Positions 61,715-64,000 of a stretch of 64,000 nt of DNA are shown piece after piece. The notes below the pieces were generated by a model. It made no database searches and had not been told where the DNA came from. It saw only the letters and a program-made list of their open reading frames with translations. This DNA comes from Acidimicrobiia bacterium (GTDB taxonomy: Bacteria > Actinomycetota > Acidimicrobiia > Spongiisociales > ZC4RG35), in the NCBI GenBank assembly GCA_035620735.1, contig DASPGH010000125.1, positions 30,135 to 94,134 of the forward strand, given 5' to 3'. The position numbers were made by a program, and so were the translations under genes. Each line of letters begins with the position of its first letter. Position 1 is the first letter of the stretch.

Positions 61715-62560
61715 TCAGTCGCCGAGAAACTCGATGATCGCCTCAGTGATGGCCCCGGCCGCAGCTGACTGAAATCGAGGACTCACGAGGAGTTGGGCGT
61801 CCTGGTCGTTGCGCATGTTCCCGGCCTCGAGAAATACGGCCGGGACATCGGACAGGTTGAGCCCACCGAGATCGTCCCTCTCGGAGAACCCATCCTCGGC
61901 GATGTAGTCGGCAACCGGCATCCCGGTCGTGAGGTACGACGAGTGAAGGACTCGTGCCAGACGCAGGGAGTCGTCATAGATGTCGTCGGTGAGTCCTGAC
62001 GTCGGAGCCGGGTGGATGACGTGGAATCCACGACCGGTTGCAGGTCCTCCGTCGGCGTGGATCGAGATGACGGCACTGGCCTGGTTGCGGTTGCCGACGT
62101 CCGCCCTCTCGTCGATACAGGGTCCCCAACCCTCGTTGTCGGGGCGGGTCAAGACGACCGACGCACCGGCTTTCTCGAGTAGATCCGACGTCAGCTGCGC
62201 CACCGCCCACGTGAACTCGGGCTCCGTGTAGCCGTCATCGGTTGCGGTACCCGTTGTGTTGCATGCCTTGGTGCCGTTTCCGATGTCGACGAGACGGTTG
62301 ATCTCCTCGGAGTGCGCCCAATTCATCCCGTTGTGCCCGGGGTCGACGACGATGATGTGCCCCGCGAGAGGGGGTTGCGCCGAAGTCGAGCTCGTCGGGC
62401 TCGTCGGGCTCGTGATGGTGGTCACAGGTAAGCGGGTCGTCGAAGGGGCGGAACTCGTGCTCGTGGCGGTTACAGATGTCGACGATCCGGGGTCAAGGGT
62501 GTTGGCACTACATCCAGTGGTCACCAGCAGAATCGCGACCATCAGACGCAGCGCGGTCAC
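61715..62560 (-). CDS. N-acetylmuramoyl-L-alanine amidase (Amidase_3) lipoprotein
   Basis: 281 aa. Lipobox LLVTTGC, Ser/Thr/Pro linker, then ..IIVVDPGHNG.., ..ISIHADGG.. and ..VFLEAGNMRN... Confidence 0.82.
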   Translation of the reverse strand: MTALRLMVAILLVTTGCSANTLDPGSSTSVTATSTSSAPSTTRLPVTTITSPTSPTSSTSAQPPLAGHIIVVDPGHNGMNWAHSEEINRLVDIGNGTKACNTTGTATDDGYTEPEFTWAVAQLTSDLLEKAGASVVLTRPDNEGWGPCIDERADVGNRNQASAVISIHADGGPATGRGFHVIHPAPTSGLTDDIYDDSLRLARVLHSSYLTTGMPVADYIAEDGFSERDDLGGLNLSDVPAVFLEAGNMRNDQDAQLLVSPRFQSAAAGAITEAIIEFLGD

Positions 62561-62567
62561 CGCGGGC

Positions 62568-62786
62568 TCAGCCTGTGAGCGTCTCGATCACCTCTTCGAG
62601 GACGATCGCCTGGGTCGGGCAGGCGGCAGCCACCTCGCGGAGAGTGTCCTCGTCGACAGACGACACGTCGAGGAGCTCGGGTTTGATGAAGTCGCCCTTT
62701 CTCCACTGGAAGGCGGTTGGGGCAAGGGTGATGCAGGTGCCGGCGCCGATGCAGCGACGTCGGTCGATGACGACTCTCACTGCCAT
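62568..62786 (-). CDS. Small ferredoxin (single-cluster, CxxGxxC...CP type)
   Basis: This is the 3' part of ORF 62568..63032. ATG 62786 gives MAVRVVIDRRRCIGAGTCITLAP..EVAAACPTQAI (72 aa). Its start overlaps the upstream regulator stop by 10 nt. Confidence 0.7.
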   Translation of the reverse strand: MAVRVVIDRRRCIGAGTCITLAPTAFQWRKGDFIKPELLDVSSVDEDTLREVAAACPTQAIVLEEVIETLTG

Positions 62787-64000
62787 GAGACACCGGCCTT
62801 GATCGCATACTGGATCGCCTCGTTCTCCGAGTCGACTCCGAGTTTGGAGAGGAGGTCGTTCACCCGGCCCGGGGCGTCTGTTTGCGGGCCTACCGATCCC
62901 GATGCCAGGGCTCTGAGAAGCTCGAGCTCTTCCTCGTCGAGGGGGATCGGTTCGCTGACGGCATCCTCCAACGTCATCGGATCGAAGCCGACGATACGGG
63001 CCAGATCGCTTTGGACCGGGTTCGCGAACCATTGCCTTCGGATCTCGGGGTCGGACATCGACATCGCCAGGTAGTACATCCCACCGATGATCTCGGCGCT
63101 GAGACTCGCCGCCTCGGGCTGGTCGTTGAGGATCAGTGCGCGTGCCGCCGCCCAGAGCACGGGGACGAAATAGCGGAGATGAGTCTCGCCATCGATGTCG
63201 AGCGCGCTACGGGCCTCGTCCGCCGCCTTCTCCAGGTCTTCCATCCCGTTTGCGACGAGCGAGAGGGCGGCGTGCGCAAGTGCGTTGGTGGGAAGTCTTC
63301 CTTTCACCTGCGCCCCCGATTCCAGAGCCTCCTCGGCGGTGGCCCGGGCCTGCTGCATGACCTCAGGGTCATCGTTGAATGTGGCGATGCGGGCATACTC
63401 GAAGGCGAGTGTGGCCAATGCCTCACATCGTTCACCGACACTGGTCTGACCCGCTAGGTCGGCAGCACGTCGATAGTGCCGTGTCATCTCCTCGACATCG
63501 TCGGTTGCGGCCGCGTGGGCACCCCGCCACATTTCCAGACGTCTCGCCATCGAAGTGGACGCCACCGCCATCGCCGCTGTCGCCGCTCGATCCAGCCAGG
63601 CGCCACACTCGTCGCTGCCACCGATTTCGAGACAGGTCACGGCCATCCCCCCGGCGGATAATGCCTCGAGCCAACGGTCCCCGATGGCACGCGCCGCCTC
63701 GAACGCTTCCCTGCCCCGCTCCAGCGCCAGCGCGGGCTGAGCGTTGAGGCGGGCATAGGTGTGGATGCTGTACAGCATCTGGGCATCGTCGATTGCCGCC
63801 TGGCTCTCGGTGAGCTCGCCCTTCTTGCTGTGATGCAGCGCCCGGACATGCTCGATCCTGCCTGCCATGCCGGAGGCAGTCGGATCGGTGACGTGAGCGT
63901 AGGCCATCGAGATCAAGGCCGACATCGAGCCTTGTTTGTCCCCGATCTCCTCATAGATCCGGAAGGCCTGCTCGGCCAAATCCTTGACAGGTGCGAATAA
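62777..64000 (-). CDS. C-terminal part of a large TPR-like / LuxR-family HTH regulator (5' end beyond window)
   Basis: The frame is open to nt 64000; the listed M at 63979 is an internal TTG (..VKDLAEQAFRIY..). TPR-like repeats are followed by a C-terminal LuxR-type HTH (..ELELLRALASG....NDLLSKLGVDSENEAIQYAIKAG). Confidence 0.7.
   Translation of the reverse strand, partial: LFAPVKDLAEQAFRIYEEIGDKQGSMSALISMAYAHVTDPTASGMAGRIEHVRALHHSKKGELTESQAAIDDAQMLYSIHTYARLNAQPALALERGREAFEAARAIGDRWLEALSAGGMAVTCLEIGGSDECGAWLDRAATAAMAVASTSMARRLEMWRGAHAAATDDVEEMTRHYRRAADLAGQTSVGERCEALATLAFEYARIATFNDDPEVMQQARATAEEALESGAQVKGRLPTNALAHAALSLVANGMEDLEKAADEARSALDIDGETHLRYFVPVLWAAARALILNDQPEAASLSAEIIGGMYYLAMSMSDPEIRRQWFANPVQSDLARIVGFDPMTLEDAVSEPIPLDEEELELLRALASGSVGPQTDAPGRVNDLLSKLGVDSENEAIQYAIKAGVSWQ

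Overview
GC-rich, actinobacterium-like chromosomal DNA (taxon is inference only), tightly packed with many 1-10 nt start/stop overlaps. I found no rRNA, tRNA, CRISPR array, transposase or integrase. Left half (1-31 kb) is an aromatic/lignin-monomer catabolic supercluster. It holds two LigM/DesA-type THF-dependent O-demethylases, pcaI-pcaJ-pcaR divergent from pobA-pcaCHGB, a HAAT-type ABC importer, and benzoate-CoA ligase-boxB-boxC with no boxA. It also holds a ligM-like/FAD-monooxygenase/HpaB-like/hydrolase/thioesterase operon and a ligI-galD / galB-galC lower gallate/PDC branch with no extradiol ring-cleavage dioxygenase in the window. A 15-bp box GTTCG-N5-CGNAC recurs in front of four of these units, and a ~42-nt imperfect palindrome family is scattered through them. 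Right half (31-64 kb) is dominated by cyclic-nucleotide signalling. There are four class III cyclase-domain proteins: two giant cyclase-STAND-TPR proteins, one TPR-cyclase and one membrane cyclase. They surround a 12-TM/HEAT/cNMP-binding membrane protein, and a CPBP/Abi protease is translationally coupled to one STAND protein. Other notable items are a HAL/PAL-family protein missing the Ser of the MIO triad, an acetolactate decarboxylase with a possible RHH extension, REP-like hairpin repeats and two gene remnants. The cyclase/cNMP-reader neighbourhood is my best candidate for an uncharacterised system. The functional link is inference only.
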